From assembly GCA_031362565.1 (NCBI GenBank), contig JANLSU010000106.1:32001-96000 (forward strand): a stretch of DNA of 64,000 bases, in the 5' to 3' direction. Below are positions 31,275-41,736 of the stretch, in pieces; position 1 is the first letter of the stretch; each line of letters begins with the position of its first letter. The position numbers and the translations under genes are program-made. The notes below the pieces were generated by a model that saw nothing but the letters and a program-made list of their open reading frames with translations, did no database searches and was not told the DNA's origin. The DNA comes from a bacterium (GTDB taxonomy: Bacteria > Krumholzibacteriota > Krumholzibacteriia > G020349025).

Positions 31275-32260
31275 CACTCTATCTAGCCGCCATCGCCACG
31301 CTCTTGTTGTTCTCGGCGCTGTTCTCGGCAACCGAGATCGCCGTCACCATGGCGAGCCGGGTGCGCTTGCGAACGCGCGCCGCCGGCGGCAGCCGGAGCG
31401 CGGCGCGTGCCGAGCGCTTGCTGTTGCATCCGGAAAAAGCCATCGCCGCGTGCTTGGTCGGCAACACGCTCGTTCAATGTTCGATGGCGGCGCTTGGGCG
31501 TACGGCGCTCATGGAGGTGGGGGGATTCCACACCGCTGCCGCCGAAGGTTTGACGACGCTCGTCCTCGTTCCTCTCGTCCTCGTGTGCGGTGAAACGGTG
31601 CCGAAGGCGCTGGCCCATACCTATCCCAACCGCACGTTGACGCGCCTCGCCTTGCCGCTGCAAATCGTCCGCTGGGTCTTGTGGCCGCTCATCCAAGTCT
31701 CGTTCGCGATCGCCGGTCTGGTGCGGCGCTTGGCCGGCCTGCGACCGGATCTGCGCGACGTGCTGTCGCGGGAAGAGTTGAAGCAGTTCGTGGCGCACAG
31801 CGAGAAACATGGCCACGTGGACCGGGACGAGCGCCATCTCATCGGCCAGATCGTCGAATTTTGGCGGCGCGACCCGGTGCGTTTTGCGCGCCGGCTCGAC
31901 GCGTTGCCGCATCTCTCGGTCGATGTCTTCGCCGGCGCCGCCAAGGAGTTCATGCGCGAGAACCGGTTGGGGCGCCTGGTGGTGACCGATTCCGCCGGCG
32001 GCGATGTGGCGGGAGTGGTTATCGCGGCGGCGCTTCTCGACGCCCCAAACAGTGCCCGGCTGGGAGGGTACCTGCAACCCGTGGTGCGCCTCGCCGCCGG
32101 CCTGGGCGCCGACCGTGTACTGGCCGAACTGCAGCGCAGCCCGAGCCAGGTGGGGGTGCAGGCCGACGCCGCGCAATCCGGCCGGCTGGTCTACCTCTTG
32201 GATGACCTCCTGCAGCAGCTCTTGGGTGGACCGGGGGTGCCGCGCCAGAAAAACGCTTGA
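31271..32260 (+). CDS. Second CNNM/DUF21 protein with degenerate CBS pair and no CorC domain
   Basis: SALFSATEIA, LVGNT, GETVPK, SREEL; ATGA-coupled to upstream paralog. Confidence 0.85.
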   Translation: MTLYLAAIATLLLFSALFSATEIAVTMASRVRLRTRAAGGSRSAARAERLLLHPEKAIAACLVGNTLVQCSMAALGRTALMEVGGFHTAAAEGLTTLVLVPLVLVCGETVPKALAHTYPNRTLTRLALPLQIVRWVLWPLIQVSFAIAGLVRRLAGLRPDLRDVLSREELKQFVAHSEKHGHVDRDERHLIGQIVEFWRRDPVRFARRLDALPHLSVDVFAGAAKEFMRENRLGRLVVTDSAGGDVAGVVIAAALLDAPNSARLGGYLQPVVRLAAGLGADRVLAELQRSPSQVGVQADAAQSGRLVYLLDDLLQQLLGGPGVPRQKNA

Positions 32261-32438
32261 TGCCACAGGGCCGGGGTCCCTACCGTGCCCTCCAGACGTG
32301 CGGGTCGAGAGCGCGCCGCGCCGGCGCGCAGGCTCTCTGCAACGTCGAGATTCACATCGTGGTGACGGCTGGTCCGTCACGCGGGCGCGGCGCAACTTTG
32401 GGGTGCCGCGCAGCATGTCGAAAGGAACGGTAGGCTGC

Positions 32439-35117
32439 ATGGGTACGGAACGCGCCGTGTATTTCTTCGGTGATGGCGTCGCCGAAGGCTCGGGTTCGAT
32501 GCGGGAACTGTTGGGTGGCAAGGGCGCCGGGCTGGCCGAAATGACCAGCTTGGGATTGCCGGTTCCGCCCGGCTTCACGATCACCACCGTCGAATGCGTC
32601 CGCTTCTACAAAGAGGGACAAGTGATGCGGGCGGATCTGCAACGCGATGCATTGGCCGCCATGCAGCGCGTCGAAAAGATCGTCGGACGCCAGTTCGGCG
32701 ACGCCAAGAATCCGCTGCTCGTTTCGGTGCGTTCCGGCGCCCGCGCTTCGATGCCCGGCATGATGGACACAATTTTGAATTTGGGTTTGAACGACACGAC
32801 CGTGCGCGCCCTCGTCGAGCAGACGGGCAACCCGCGTTTTGCCTGGGACAGCTACCGGCGCTTCGTGCAGATGTTCGGCGATGTCGTGCTTGGCGTCGAC
32901 CGCGACGTTTTCGAACACTTGATGGACGGCGTCAAGCAGGAGCGCGGCGTGCGCCTCGACACGCAGCTCAACGCCCAAGATCTCGAGAAACTCACCAAAC
33001 TGTACAAGGACAAGGTGCGGGAGCATACGGGCAAACCGTTTCCCGAAGACCCGCATGCGCAGTTGTGGGCGGCGATCACCGCGGTCTTCCAGTCGTGGTA
33101 CAACGATCGCGCCTACTCGTACCGCCGCATGAATCGCATCCCGCACGACTGGGGCACGGCCGCCAACGTGCAGGCGATGGTGTTCGGGAACCTGGGCGAG
33201 GATTCCGCGACCGGCGTGGCGTTCACGCGCGACCCCTCGACCGGCGAGAATCAATTCTACGGCGAGTATTTGACGAACGCCCAGGGTGAAGACGTGGTGG
33301 CCGGAATTCGCACTCCGCGCCCGTTGACGATCGCGCAGAAGGAACCCGGCGACGATCTTGCCTCGCTCGAGGAAGAAATGCCGGAGATGTACCGGGCTCT
33401 GACCGACGTACGGACCAAACTCGAGGCACACTACAAGGACATGCTCGACCTCGAATTCACCGTCGAGCGCGGCCGCCTCTGGATGTTGCAGACGCGGAGC
33501 GGCAAGCGGACGGGAGTCGCGGCCATCAAGATCGCCACCGATCTCGTCCGCAGCAAGACCCTCGACGAGCGCCAGGCGCTCTTGCGCGTCGATCCGGATG
33601 TGCACCTCGATCAGCTGTTGCATCCCATGATCGACAAGCGCGCCAAAGTGGAACCGCTTGCCAAGGGTCTGAATGCGTCGCCGGGGGCGGCATCGGGTGG
33701 CGCGGTGTTCACTGCCGAGGCGGCCGTCGCGGCGGCGAAAGCCGGCAAAAAAGTCGTGCTCGTACGCACCGAAACCAGCCCCGAAGACATCGAGGGCATG
33801 GCGGCCGCCAAAGCGATTCTGACCGCCCGGGGCGGGCGCACGTCGCACGCGGCGGTGGTGGCGCGCGGCATGGGCAAGGTGTGCGTCGCCGGCTGTGGCG
33901 CGATGCACGTCGACACGGCGGCGCGCACCGCGACCTTCGATACCAAGAAGGGCCCGGTCACGGTGCGGGAATTCGATCCGCTCACCGTCGACGGCACGAA
34001 CGGTTACGTCTATTTCGGTGTTGTCCCGACCGTGGATCCGGAATTGAGCAGCGACTACGAACTCTTCATGGGTTGGGCCGACAAGCACCGCACGCTCGGC
34101 GTCCGAACGAATGCCGACACGCCGCACGACGCGACCGCGGCCCGCAAGTTCGGCGCCGAGGGCATCGGGCTGTGCCGCACCGAACACATGTTCTTCGGCG
34201 AGGATCGCTTGCCTTGGGTGCGCAAGATGATCTTGGCGACGAACGAAGTCGAGCGGCGGGCCGCACTCGAGCGCCTGAAACCGATGCAGCGCGAGGATTT
34301 CGTCGGCATTTTCACCGCGATGAGCGGCTTGCCGGTGACCATCCGGCTGCTCGATCCGCCGCTGCACGAATTCGTGCCGCACACCGAAAAGGAAGCCGCC
34401 GAACTGGCGCGCGAGATCGGCATGCAGCCGGCCGAGGTCTGGCGGCGGTGCCAAGCGCTCGCCGAATCGAATCCGATGTTGGGGCACCGCGGTTGCCGCC
34501 TTGGGATCACCTATCCCGAGATCTATGAAATGCAGGCCATGGCCATCTTCGAAGCCGCGGTCGAAGTCAAGAAACGCGGCTCGAAACCGGTGCCGGAGAT
34601 CATGTTGCCGCTCATCGGCACGGTGGAGGAGTACCGGCGCCTGAAAACGCTCGTCTTGCAAGCCGCCGACCACGTGCTCGGCGCCGATCGCGATTCGATT
34701 CCGTTCCTCATCGGCACGATGATCGAGGTGCCGCGCGCCTGCGTCGTGGCGGATCGCATTGCCGAGGAAGCACAGTTCTTCAGCTTTGGCACCAACGACC
34801 TGACCCAGCTGACCTTCGGCTACAGCCGCGACGATGCCGGTACGTTCTTGCCGGCATACATCGAGCAGGGAGTTCTGCCACGCGATCCGTTCCAGAGTCT
34901 GGACGTCGAGGGCGTGGGCGCCCTCATTCAGATGGGTACCGAGCGCGGGCGGGCGACGACCGCGGATCTCAAGGTCGGGATTTGCGGCGAGCACGGTGGC
35001 GATCCAACCTCCGTCGGGTTCTGTCACAAGGTGGGTATGAATTACGTGAGCTGTTCACCGTACCGAGTTCCAGTGGCGCGACTTGCGGCGGCACAAGCGG
35101 CGGTGCGTGGGGCGTGA
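32439..35117 (+). CDS. ppdK: Pyruvate, phosphate dikinase
   Basis: LLGGKGA.LAEM, PLLVSVRSGA, GGRTSHAAVVAR, GIGLCRTEHMF, FSFGTNDLTQ, GICGEHGG. Confidence 0.98.
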   Translation: MGTERAVYFFGDGVAEGSGSMRELLGGKGAGLAEMTSLGLPVPPGFTITTVECVRFYKEGQVMRADLQRDALAAMQRVEKIVGRQFGDAKNPLLVSVRSGARASMPGMMDTILNLGLNDTTVRALVEQTGNPRFAWDSYRRFVQMFGDVVLGVDRDVFEHLMDGVKQERGVRLDTQLNAQDLEKLTKLYKDKVREHTGKPFPEDPHAQLWAAITAVFQSWYNDRAYSYRRMNRIPHDWGTAANVQAMVFGNLGEDSATGVAFTRDPSTGENQFYGEYLTNAQGEDVVAGIRTPRPLTIAQKEPGDDLASLEEEMPEMYRALTDVRTKLEAHYKDMLDLEFTVERGRLWMLQTRSGKRTGVAAIKIATDLVRSKTLDERQALLRVDPDVHLDQLLHPMIDKRAKVEPLAKGLNASPGAASGGAVFTAEAAVAAAKAGKKVVLVRTETSPEDIEGMAAAKAILTARGGRTSHAAVVARGMGKVCVAGCGAMHVDTAARTATFDTKKGPVTVREFDPLTVDGTNGYVYFGVVPTVDPELSSDYELFMGWADKHRTLGVRTNADTPHDATAARKFGAEGIGLCRTEHMFFGEDRLPWVRKMILATNEVERRAALERLKPMQREDFVGIFTAMSGLPVTIRLLDPPLHEFVPHTEKEAAELAREIGMQPAEVWRRCQALAESNPMLGHRGCRLGITYPEIYEMQAMAIFEAAVEVKKRGSKPVPEIMLPLIGTVEEYRRLKTLVLQAADHVLGADRDSIPFLIGTMIEVPRACVVADRIAEEAQFFSFGTNDLTQLTFGYSRDDAGTFLPAYIEQGVLPRDPFQSLDVEGVGALIQMGTERGRATTADLKVGICGEHGGDPTSVGFCHKVGMNYVSCSPYRVPVARLAAAQAAVRGA

Positions 35118-35647
35118 CCCGGCGACCGCCATTCGATCTGCAAGGCGAGCTGCGCAGCTTTCCGGCGCCGCTTGTTTTTCAAATGCTGGCGCTCGGGGGT
35201 CTCGACGGGCGCCTGACTCTGCGTGGCCCGAACGCGACATTCGACGCTTATTTTCAACGCGGCAAGTTGGTCTTCGCACGCGGCCCCGGACAAACGGCGA
35301 CCGTCGGCGAGGAACTCGTGGCGCAGGGCCTCGTCGGACCCGAGCCGGTCGAGGAAGCGGCACGCGAGCGCTTGCGGCGGCGCACCGGACCGCGGATCGG
35401 CACCATCTTGGTGGATCGCGGCCTCATTCAGCGCCCGGATCTGGAGCGGGTCATTCGCGCCCGGATCAAGGATGCAATCTATGCCGTCGTCGACTGGCGC
35501 GACGGTAAATTCACTTTCGAGTCCGGCGCCGAGCCGCGCGACGAGGACATCTTGCTCGATGTGGGACTCGAGTCGCTGCTCTTGGAATGCATGGCGCGGC
35601 TCGACGATGCGAAACGCGGCGCGGCGCCGGACGAGGGTCATGCCTGA
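35114..35647 (+). CDS. DUF4388 (PatA-N-like) domain protein
   Basis: LQGELRSF...QML..G..G.L...YF..GKLVFA, RIGTILV..GLI, W.DG.F.F, LLLE...RLD; GTGA overlap with ppdK. Confidence 0.85.
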   Translation: MTRRPPFDLQGELRSFPAPLVFQMLALGGLDGRLTLRGPNATFDAYFQRGKLVFARGPGQTATVGEELVAQGLVGPEPVEEAARERLRRRTGPRIGTILVDRGLIQRPDLERVIRARIKDAIYAVVDWRDGKFTFESGAEPRDEDILLDVGLESLLLECMARLDDAKRGAAPDEGHA

Positions 35648-36941
35648 GGACCCGTGGCGCGTCTATGCCGGCGTTGTGGTCGCGTTCCTTGGGTTTCTGG
35701 CGCCGTGCGTTCAGGCACAGTCTGCCGCCGATCTCACGCCACGTCTTCACATCGATGGCCGGACGCACGACTACCGCACCGTCGAAGCCTGCTTCCGCAA
35801 CGCCGCCGTGTGCGCCCAACTCGTGCCGCGGCCGGTGTGCGGCCCGGACGAGGAACGCGACGACGATTCGCGCTCGAACCGGTTCCAGGATGTGCGGCAG
35901 ATCTACGTCACCTGGGATGCACACGCGCTCTATGTGGCGGTCGATGCGACGATCGAGAACGCGGCACTGATCGTTCTCTTGGATGTGCGGCCCGGCGGGT
36001 TGACGGGGCTCGGCAATTTGCCGGCGTGGCGCCACGCGGTGCGTTGCACGGAAGTCCTGCGCCCCGACCTCTTCCTGGCGGTCGGGGATCGTGGCCGGGA
36101 AGTCGAAGCCTGGCGCGCGCGCGGCGATGCCGCGATCGAACGCATCGCGAGCGCCGATTTCACGGCGCGCGCCACCTTCGATGGCGACGCGGCCGATCGC
36201 AGCCTCGAAGCGGCACTGCCGTGGACCCTGTTGTTCCCCGAAACCGCAACCGCCGTCGACACCGAGCCCGGCGCGCCGGCCGAACCGATCTTCGTGCTGC
36301 CGCCCGAATCGAGCCGCGCCGGCCTGCGCATCGCGGCGCTCGTCGTCGGCACGAGCGATGGCTTCGGGGCGCGCGACGTAGCACCCGATCCGCTCGGTGG
36401 CGTACCGCTCGATGCCCGTGACGTGAGCGACATCGACCGCGCCGTTCAGGTGGCTTGGGATGAACACACCCTGGGGGCGCCGCCGCAGTTCGTCGATTTC
36501 GGTGCGGCGGTGCAGACCCAATCGGCACCGCGGTTGTTGCCTTCGGGGCCGACGGTCGTGCCCGCCGCGCTCGGCGTTCAAGGTTTGCGCACCTACGCCG
36601 GGAGCCGCGTTTCGCGCCTGCTCTTGGCGGATGCCGGGCTCGATCTGGCGTTTGCGTTCGATGTCGCGCTGCCGTATCCCGAAGTGCTCTTCTTGAGTGC
36701 GGCGATCTTCTCGGCGCGCGGCGAGCGCGTCATCGACCTGGCGCGCGACGTGCGCCGCACCCGCGGCACGCCGGTGGCGCCGTTCGGCGCGTTCAGTGAC
36801 CCGTTGGCAGACCGCTGGGATGGACGCGACCGGCTCGGGCGGCCGGTGCCCGCCGGCACGTATGTGCTGCAAGTGCGCACCACACTCGCCCCCGGCGGCA
36901 CTACCACCGAGTCGGCACACTCGATCACGGTGGTGCGGTGA
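35640..36941 (+). CDS. Secreted protein, CBM9/DOMON-like N-terminus and FlgD-Ig/T9SS-like C-terminal domain
   Basis: Signal peptide ending VQA; IDG...DVRQIYVTWDAHALYVAV, LEAALPW; tail IFSARGE.V..L...WDGRDRLGRPVPAGTY. Confidence 0.7.
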   Translation: MPEDPWRVYAGVVVAFLGFLAPCVQAQSAADLTPRLHIDGRTHDYRTVEACFRNAAVCAQLVPRPVCGPDEERDDDSRSNRFQDVRQIYVTWDAHALYVAVDATIENAALIVLLDVRPGGLTGLGNLPAWRHAVRCTEVLRPDLFLAVGDRGREVEAWRARGDAAIERIASADFTARATFDGDAADRSLEAALPWTLLFPETATAVDTEPGAPAEPIFVLPPESSRAGLRIAALVVGTSDGFGARDVAPDPLGGVPLDARDVSDIDRAVQVAWDEHTLGAPPQFVDFGAAVQTQSAPRLLPSGPTVVPAALGVQGLRTYAGSRVSRLLLADAGLDLAFAFDVALPYPEVLFLSAAIFSARGERVIDLARDVRRTRGTPVAPFGAFSDPLADRWDGRDRLGRPVPAGTYVLQVRTTLAPGGTTTESAHSITVVR

Positions 36942-37849
36942 TGCGCGCCCGAGGTTGGATTGTGGGCGCAATCCTCGGGCTCGCAGCGCAGCCTGCGGCC
37001 GCGTGGTTTGAAACCGGCGAGGTCGGCGGACGCGCTGCCGGCGTCGGCGACGCATTCGTCTCGGTTGCGGACGACGCGTCGGCGGTCTACTGGAACCCCG
37101 CCGGGTTGGTGCAATTGCCGCGTCACGAAGGGCTCTTGGCGACCGACCGCGCCGCGGCGCTCGACGGGATGGCGACGGATTTCGCCGCGGTCTCGGTGCA
37201 TGCGCCCGGCCTCACGTTCGGCGTCGGATGGCGGCACCAAGGCCAGGAGGACGCGGCGCGCGAAGATGCCCTGTTGATTTCGACGGCGCACACGTTCGTG
37301 CGCCGGAGTCTCGGCGCGTTCATTGCCGGCGGCGCAACCCTCGAACTGCTGCGCGTCGGACTCGACACCAGCGGTTTCGAATCGGTGCCCGGATTGCGCG
37401 ACTCGGACTACGGGGCGGCCGCGACGCTCGGCTTGCTCCTGCAGCCGATTCCGAATGTCACCGCGGGAGCGGTGATGCGGCATCTCGGGCAACCGACGTT
37501 CGACCTCATCGAAGGCGGAACCCGTACCCGGCTCGACGCCGAGGTCGAGTGGGGCGTGTCGCTGCGCTGGCGAGAGGATGCGCGCGTGCATGTCTCGCAC
37601 CTCCACACGTCCGGCGGCCGGACTGCGACGCGGGTCGGCGCCGAATTGCGGGTCGGCGGCGCACTCCGCGTCCGCGCCGGCGCGGCGAGCGATGCCGTCG
37701 GCGGTGGCATCGGTGTAGCGCTGGGTGCATGGGAGCTCGATTGGGCGTACCGCGTCCACGACGCGCTCGGCGCCACGGCACGGGTTGGACTGCGGCGTGG
37801 GTTCGGCCATGTGCGCGACGCGGTGGGGACGACCTATGACGATTTCTGA
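36938..37849 (+). CDS. PorV/PorQ-family (FadL-like) outer-membrane beta-barrel
   Basis: Signal peptide; GGRAAGVGDAFVSVADDASAVYWNPAGL; alternating strands; LRVRAG, LDWAY. Confidence 0.85.
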   Translation: MMRARGWIVGAILGLAAQPAAAWFETGEVGGRAAGVGDAFVSVADDASAVYWNPAGLVQLPRHEGLLATDRAAALDGMATDFAAVSVHAPGLTFGVGWRHQGQEDAAREDALLISTAHTFVRRSLGAFIAGGATLELLRVGLDTSGFESVPGLRDSDYGAAATLGLLLQPIPNVTAGAVMRHLGQPTFDLIEGGTRTRLDAEVEWGVSLRWREDARVHVSHLHTSGGRTATRVGAELRVGGALRVRAGAASDAVGGGIGVALGAWELDWAYRVHDALGATARVGLRRGFGHVRDAVGTTYDDF

Positions 37850-39401
37850 CCGGCGCGGGGCGCGGCGCGTTTCTGCAACCTGCACCGCCGGATGGGTGGG
37901 AGTTCTTGTCGCTTGGAATGCGGTCGCGGTCGACGCTACGGAAACGCGCTGGGGCGGCGTCTTGGGAGTCGGCCTCGCCGCGACGCGCGAGCCGGGTGCG
38001 TTTCGCTGGGACTTCGATTCGACGCGCGATGCAGCACTCGCGGTGTTGCGGATGGGCGCGACGGCCGAGCACTTGCGCGGCTTCGCATCGTTCGCCGCGA
38101 CGCAGGGCGTCGCCAGTGACGCCGATGCACCGGAGTTTCGCATTCGAGAAGCGGCGCTGGCGGCTGCCTGGCATGCCGCGGCGGATAGCGCCGGGCTCGT
38201 CCTCTTCGCGCACCAGCCGGGGCGCGTCTGGCTCGATCTGCCGCTCTCGGCACCGGTCGATGCAGGGCGCATCGGTGGCGGCGCCATCACCGGCGTGCGC
38301 GGTGACGCGGCGTGGCAGCACTGGACCGCAACCGTGCTCGCCTTGCGCGGGTCGGCGTCCGCGTCCCGCGACAGCGCCGACGATGCGCCGCGTGCTTGGG
38401 TCGCACGGCTGCGCCACGATTTCGGAATGCCCGGCGCGGCCCGCCTTGGTGTGACCTGGAGCCGCGATCTGCCGTCGGCGCGTCAAATCGATTCGGGCGC
38501 CGGCGACGTCCTGACTTTCGACGCGCGAGCGCACGCCGCCGGCATCGTTGCGAGCGCCGAGTACGCGGCATCGTGGCGCGACGGGAACCAATTGGGTTTG
38601 TCGGTCGCACGTGCCGCCGCTGCCGGCACACACGTCGCGACGCCGGGGCCGTGGACGAACGCGCTGCCGGAGCGCGCCGCATTGCGCCTCGAGCTGCGCG
38701 CCGCGGCTTTGCCGGTGGGTCCGTTCGGCACGCTTGGACTCGCGCCCGCCTATCGCGCCGTCGGCACGCGGCATTTCGATCGGCTCGCGGTGCAGGAACG
38801 CGACCTGGATGCGACGGCGCGCGGCTTCGAAGGGCCACACGTCGAAGCCTGGTTCGTGCCGCGCGCCTGGCCGGCTTGGGTGCGGCAGGTGTACGAGCGC
38901 CGGCGCGAGTTCACCGGCGCCGACCGGCGGACTTGGCTGCAAGCGACCGAGGTGCAGGCGTGGCTCACCGATCGCATGCGCTCGCGCGCCTTCTACGTGC
39001 AGCGCGATCTCTGCACCTTCGATGTGCCGGAGCACGCCCACCAAGATGATTTGGTCGGCGAGATCGTCGCCGAGGATGGCGCGGCGCGGGTTCGCGTCCA
39101 GGGCGGATGGATCGATCTGAATGCGCCTGGGGAACGCAGCGTCATCATGTTGGAGACGACGGCCCGGATCGCCGGGCGCGTGCAACTGGTGTCGCGTCTC
39201 GCGGGTGCGTCGCGCGGTTCCGGGGCGCGGCGCAGCGCCTACATGGGGCTGCAATACTGGCACCTGCCGGAATTCGAACTGGGGCTCGACTACGGTTCCA
39301 CGCTCGAAGGCGCGGTGTCGGAACCGGCGCTCGACGCCGATTTCTCTGTCGTCGGCACGCAACTCGACCGCATACGGTTGCATTTTCGGGGGTGGTTTTG
39401 A
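37836..39401 (+). CDS. Putative outer-membrane beta-barrel protein
   Basis: Signal-like N-terminus, amphipathic strands, C-terminal RIRLHFRGWF; overlaps both neighbours. Confidence 0.6.
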   Translation: MTISDRRGARRVSATCTAGWVGVLVAWNAVAVDATETRWGGVLGVGLAATREPGAFRWDFDSTRDAALAVLRMGATAEHLRGFASFAATQGVASDADAPEFRIREAALAAAWHAAADSAGLVLFAHQPGRVWLDLPLSAPVDAGRIGGGAITGVRGDAAWQHWTATVLALRGSASASRDSADDAPRAWVARLRHDFGMPGAARLGVTWSRDLPSARQIDSGAGDVLTFDARAHAAGIVASAEYAASWRDGNQLGLSVARAAAAGTHVATPGPWTNALPERAALRLELRAAALPVGPFGTLGLAPAYRAVGTRHFDRLAVQERDLDATARGFEGPHVEAWFVPRAWPAWVRQVYERRREFTGADRRTWLQATEVQAWLTDRMRSRAFYVQRDLCTFDVPEHAHQDDLVGEIVAEDGAARVRVQGGWIDLNAPGERSVIMLETTARIAGRVQLVSRLAGASRGSGARRSAYMGLQYWHLPEFELGLDYGSTLEGAVSEPALDADFSVVGTQLDRIRLHFRGWF

Positions 39402-41680
39402 TGCATCACGCTGGCGGCGAGCCGATCCAACGCGATCCGTTTCGCCGCGCCGGGCAGGCGCGCGACTGGTTCCGCATCGGGTGCGCGGCCGGGTTCGTCC
39501 TTGGGTTGCAGGGTGCGGCGGCGTTTGCCCAACCGGCGAGCGACGCGGGTGTCGTGCGCTTCACGTACCCGGACACGACGGCCAAGGCGGTGTTCTTGGC
39601 CGGGGATTTCAACGGCTGGAGCCCGAATGCGACGCCGCTCGATCGCGAGGGCCCGGCGTGGGTGACGCGCGTTTTTCTGGACCCGGGAACCTACGAATAC
39701 AAGTTCCAGGTCGACGGCGTTTGGACGGTGGATGCCGCCAATCCGGAGACGACCGCGAAAGGCAACTCGGTCGTGCGAGTCGGCAAGGAGGGGAGCGTCG
39801 AGCCACCGCGTTCGCCGGTCGCGGAGGCGGCGACGGCGGCAACCGCGGCCGGACCGGGCTCGCTGTTGTGGGGCGTACGCTATCTCGGTTTCGCGACCGC
39901 GGGCCGCGATCGCACCCTCGACCGTTACGATCTCAGCCCGGTGGTGCACGACATCGACCTGCGTCTCGATGCGCGGATGACGCCTGATGCCACTGGATGG
40001 TTCCTCGGCCATTTCGACAATCGCGACGGCAGCGGTCCCGACAACGCGGCGTTGCGGTACGAGCGCGGCATGGTGGCATGGACGCCGGCGCCATGGGCAC
40101 TGCGCCTTTTCGATCACACGGCCGCGAGCGTCTTTGATGATCCGGCGGCGCTGGTCGGCCGGGTCGGGCGCTATGCGGATGACTTCGGCTACGGGCGCCG
40201 CGGGGTGGATTTGCGCCGGCGAGTCCTCGGTGCGCCGCTCGAGTTCGTGTACGCCGACGACGCCGAGCCAGGGGAAAATCGCGCCCCGCAGACGGCGCTT
40301 CCCGATTTGCATGGTCCGGATGCGCTCGGGCTGGCGGGTCAAAAAGTGCAGCGGTATGTGACTTCGCAAAGCGATCGGGGTTCGGACGCGGTTGGTTTCC
40401 GGGCCCGCATCGGCACGGATCGCCGCGGCCTCGGAGTGTCGTTGCGCGGCAATCGCGGCCGCAATGCGGGCCGCTTAGCCGACGTGCAGGTGGCGCGGAC
40501 GGCCGGCGATACGCTCATCGGTACCGGCCGCGAACTCACGACCACCGAGACCTCGTCCGCGTGGGGCCTCGATGTGCGGTCGCGCTGGGGCAAGTTGCGT
40601 TTCGCGGCCGAGTTCTTGGAGGGTGTCTTACGGGCCCGCGCCCAGCGCGTCGCGCCGGTCGTGCGCTTGCGAGCCGCGCCCGGCGCGACCGCGACCGAAC
40701 GATTCTTGGGGACCTCGGATGCGAGCGCCGACGGTTTCGATTTGGACCATAGCCGGCGCGTCATTGTCCGCGCCGGGGGGCCGCGCGCCACCCACATCGT
40801 CGGCACCGAAACCTGGAGCGCCCGGCCGGGAACCGGCGGCCTCACGGGGCCACGCTTGGCTTACGAATACGAAGAGCACAATTTCACCGCGCTCAGGACC
40901 GGCGCACCGTTTCTCTTGCGCCGGAATTCGCTGCAAGGCGCCGTCGATCTGCATGCCGCCGGGACCGTCCTGCGCCTCGAGGCCGAGCAGAATTGGTTCC
41001 GCTCGCCCGCCGGGTCCGAGTGGTCGACACAGTCGTGGTTTCGAAGCGGCAACTTTTGGCTCGACGAAGATGTCGTCGGCCTCGAACGGCTGACCCTGCT
41101 GGGAACTCCACAAGCTGCCATCGCGCGCCTGCACGCCGGCCGCATGTTGTGGCCGCGCCGCGAATTGCAGGGCGAGTTGCATGCGACGTGGAGCGCGCCG
41201 GGATTCGGCCACGCGCCGCGCGCCGTCGAGAACATTCTGCGCTTTTCGCTGCCGGTCCGCGGTCCGGTGTCGCTTCGCACCCACTCGCGGCTCGCGGTGT
41301 ATCGCCAACTCGAGCCGCTCGACGCGGCCGGTATTACCGCGCTCGGGGCCGGGCCGCGCATCGAAGCGGGCACCGCCGACACCCACGGGTTCGCGGTCCG
41401 GCGTTCGTATCAGGCGTTTGGGGCGCATTTTGTCGAGTTGGTTTGTGCGCTGAGCGCGCGCTCCGATATCGCGCTCGGTTTCGGCGTCGATCCCATCGTG
41501 GTCTACGAAGTGACGAACGAATACGCGCCGATCGGTTACGACGAGTTCCTCTTCGCACACGGTGCGAGCCCCACGGAGGCCCGGATCGATCCCGCCGGGC
41601 TCGGGAAGCGCATCGCCGCGGCGGAGGGTGCGCTCGAACGCGAGCGGCGCATCGGGATCGAAGCCCGGCTGCGCTTTTGA
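39401..41680 (+). CDS. CBM48/AMPK-type glycogen-binding domain fused to putative outer-membrane beta-barrel
   Basis: Signal ending AFAQ; VRFTY..AKAVFLAGDFNGW...LDPGTYEYKFQVDGVW..D..NP; C-terminal IGIEARLRF. Confidence 0.75.
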   Translation: MHHAGGEPIQRDPFRRAGQARDWFRIGCAAGFVLGLQGAAAFAQPASDAGVVRFTYPDTTAKAVFLAGDFNGWSPNATPLDREGPAWVTRVFLDPGTYEYKFQVDGVWTVDAANPETTAKGNSVVRVGKEGSVEPPRSPVAEAATAATAAGPGSLLWGVRYLGFATAGRDRTLDRYDLSPVVHDIDLRLDARMTPDATGWFLGHFDNRDGSGPDNAALRYERGMVAWTPAPWALRLFDHTAASVFDDPAALVGRVGRYADDFGYGRRGVDLRRRVLGAPLEFVYADDAEPGENRAPQTALPDLHGPDALGLAGQKVQRYVTSQSDRGSDAVGFRARIGTDRRGLGVSLRGNRGRNAGRLADVQVARTAGDTLIGTGRELTTTETSSAWGLDVRSRWGKLRFAAEFLEGVLRARAQRVAPVVRLRAAPGATATERFLGTSDASADGFDLDHSRRVIVRAGGPRATHIVGTETWSARPGTGGLTGPRLAYEYEEHNFTALRTGAPFLLRRNSLQGAVDLHAAGTVLRLEAEQNWFRSPAGSEWSTQSWFRSGNFWLDEDVVGLERLTLLGTPQAAIARLHAGRMLWPRRELQGELHATWSAPGFGHAPRAVENILRFSLPVRGPVSLRTHSRLAVYRQLEPLDAAGITALGAGPRIEAGTADTHGFAVRRSYQAFGAHFVELVCALSARSDIALGFGVDPIVVYEVTNEYAPIGYDEFLFAHGASPTEARIDPAGLGKRIAAAEGALERERRIGIEARLRF

Positions 41681-41736
41681 ACCGGGAGCCAACCACGTCT
41701 GTACGCGGGAGCGTCAAAGTGTCGATCGGAGTTTTG

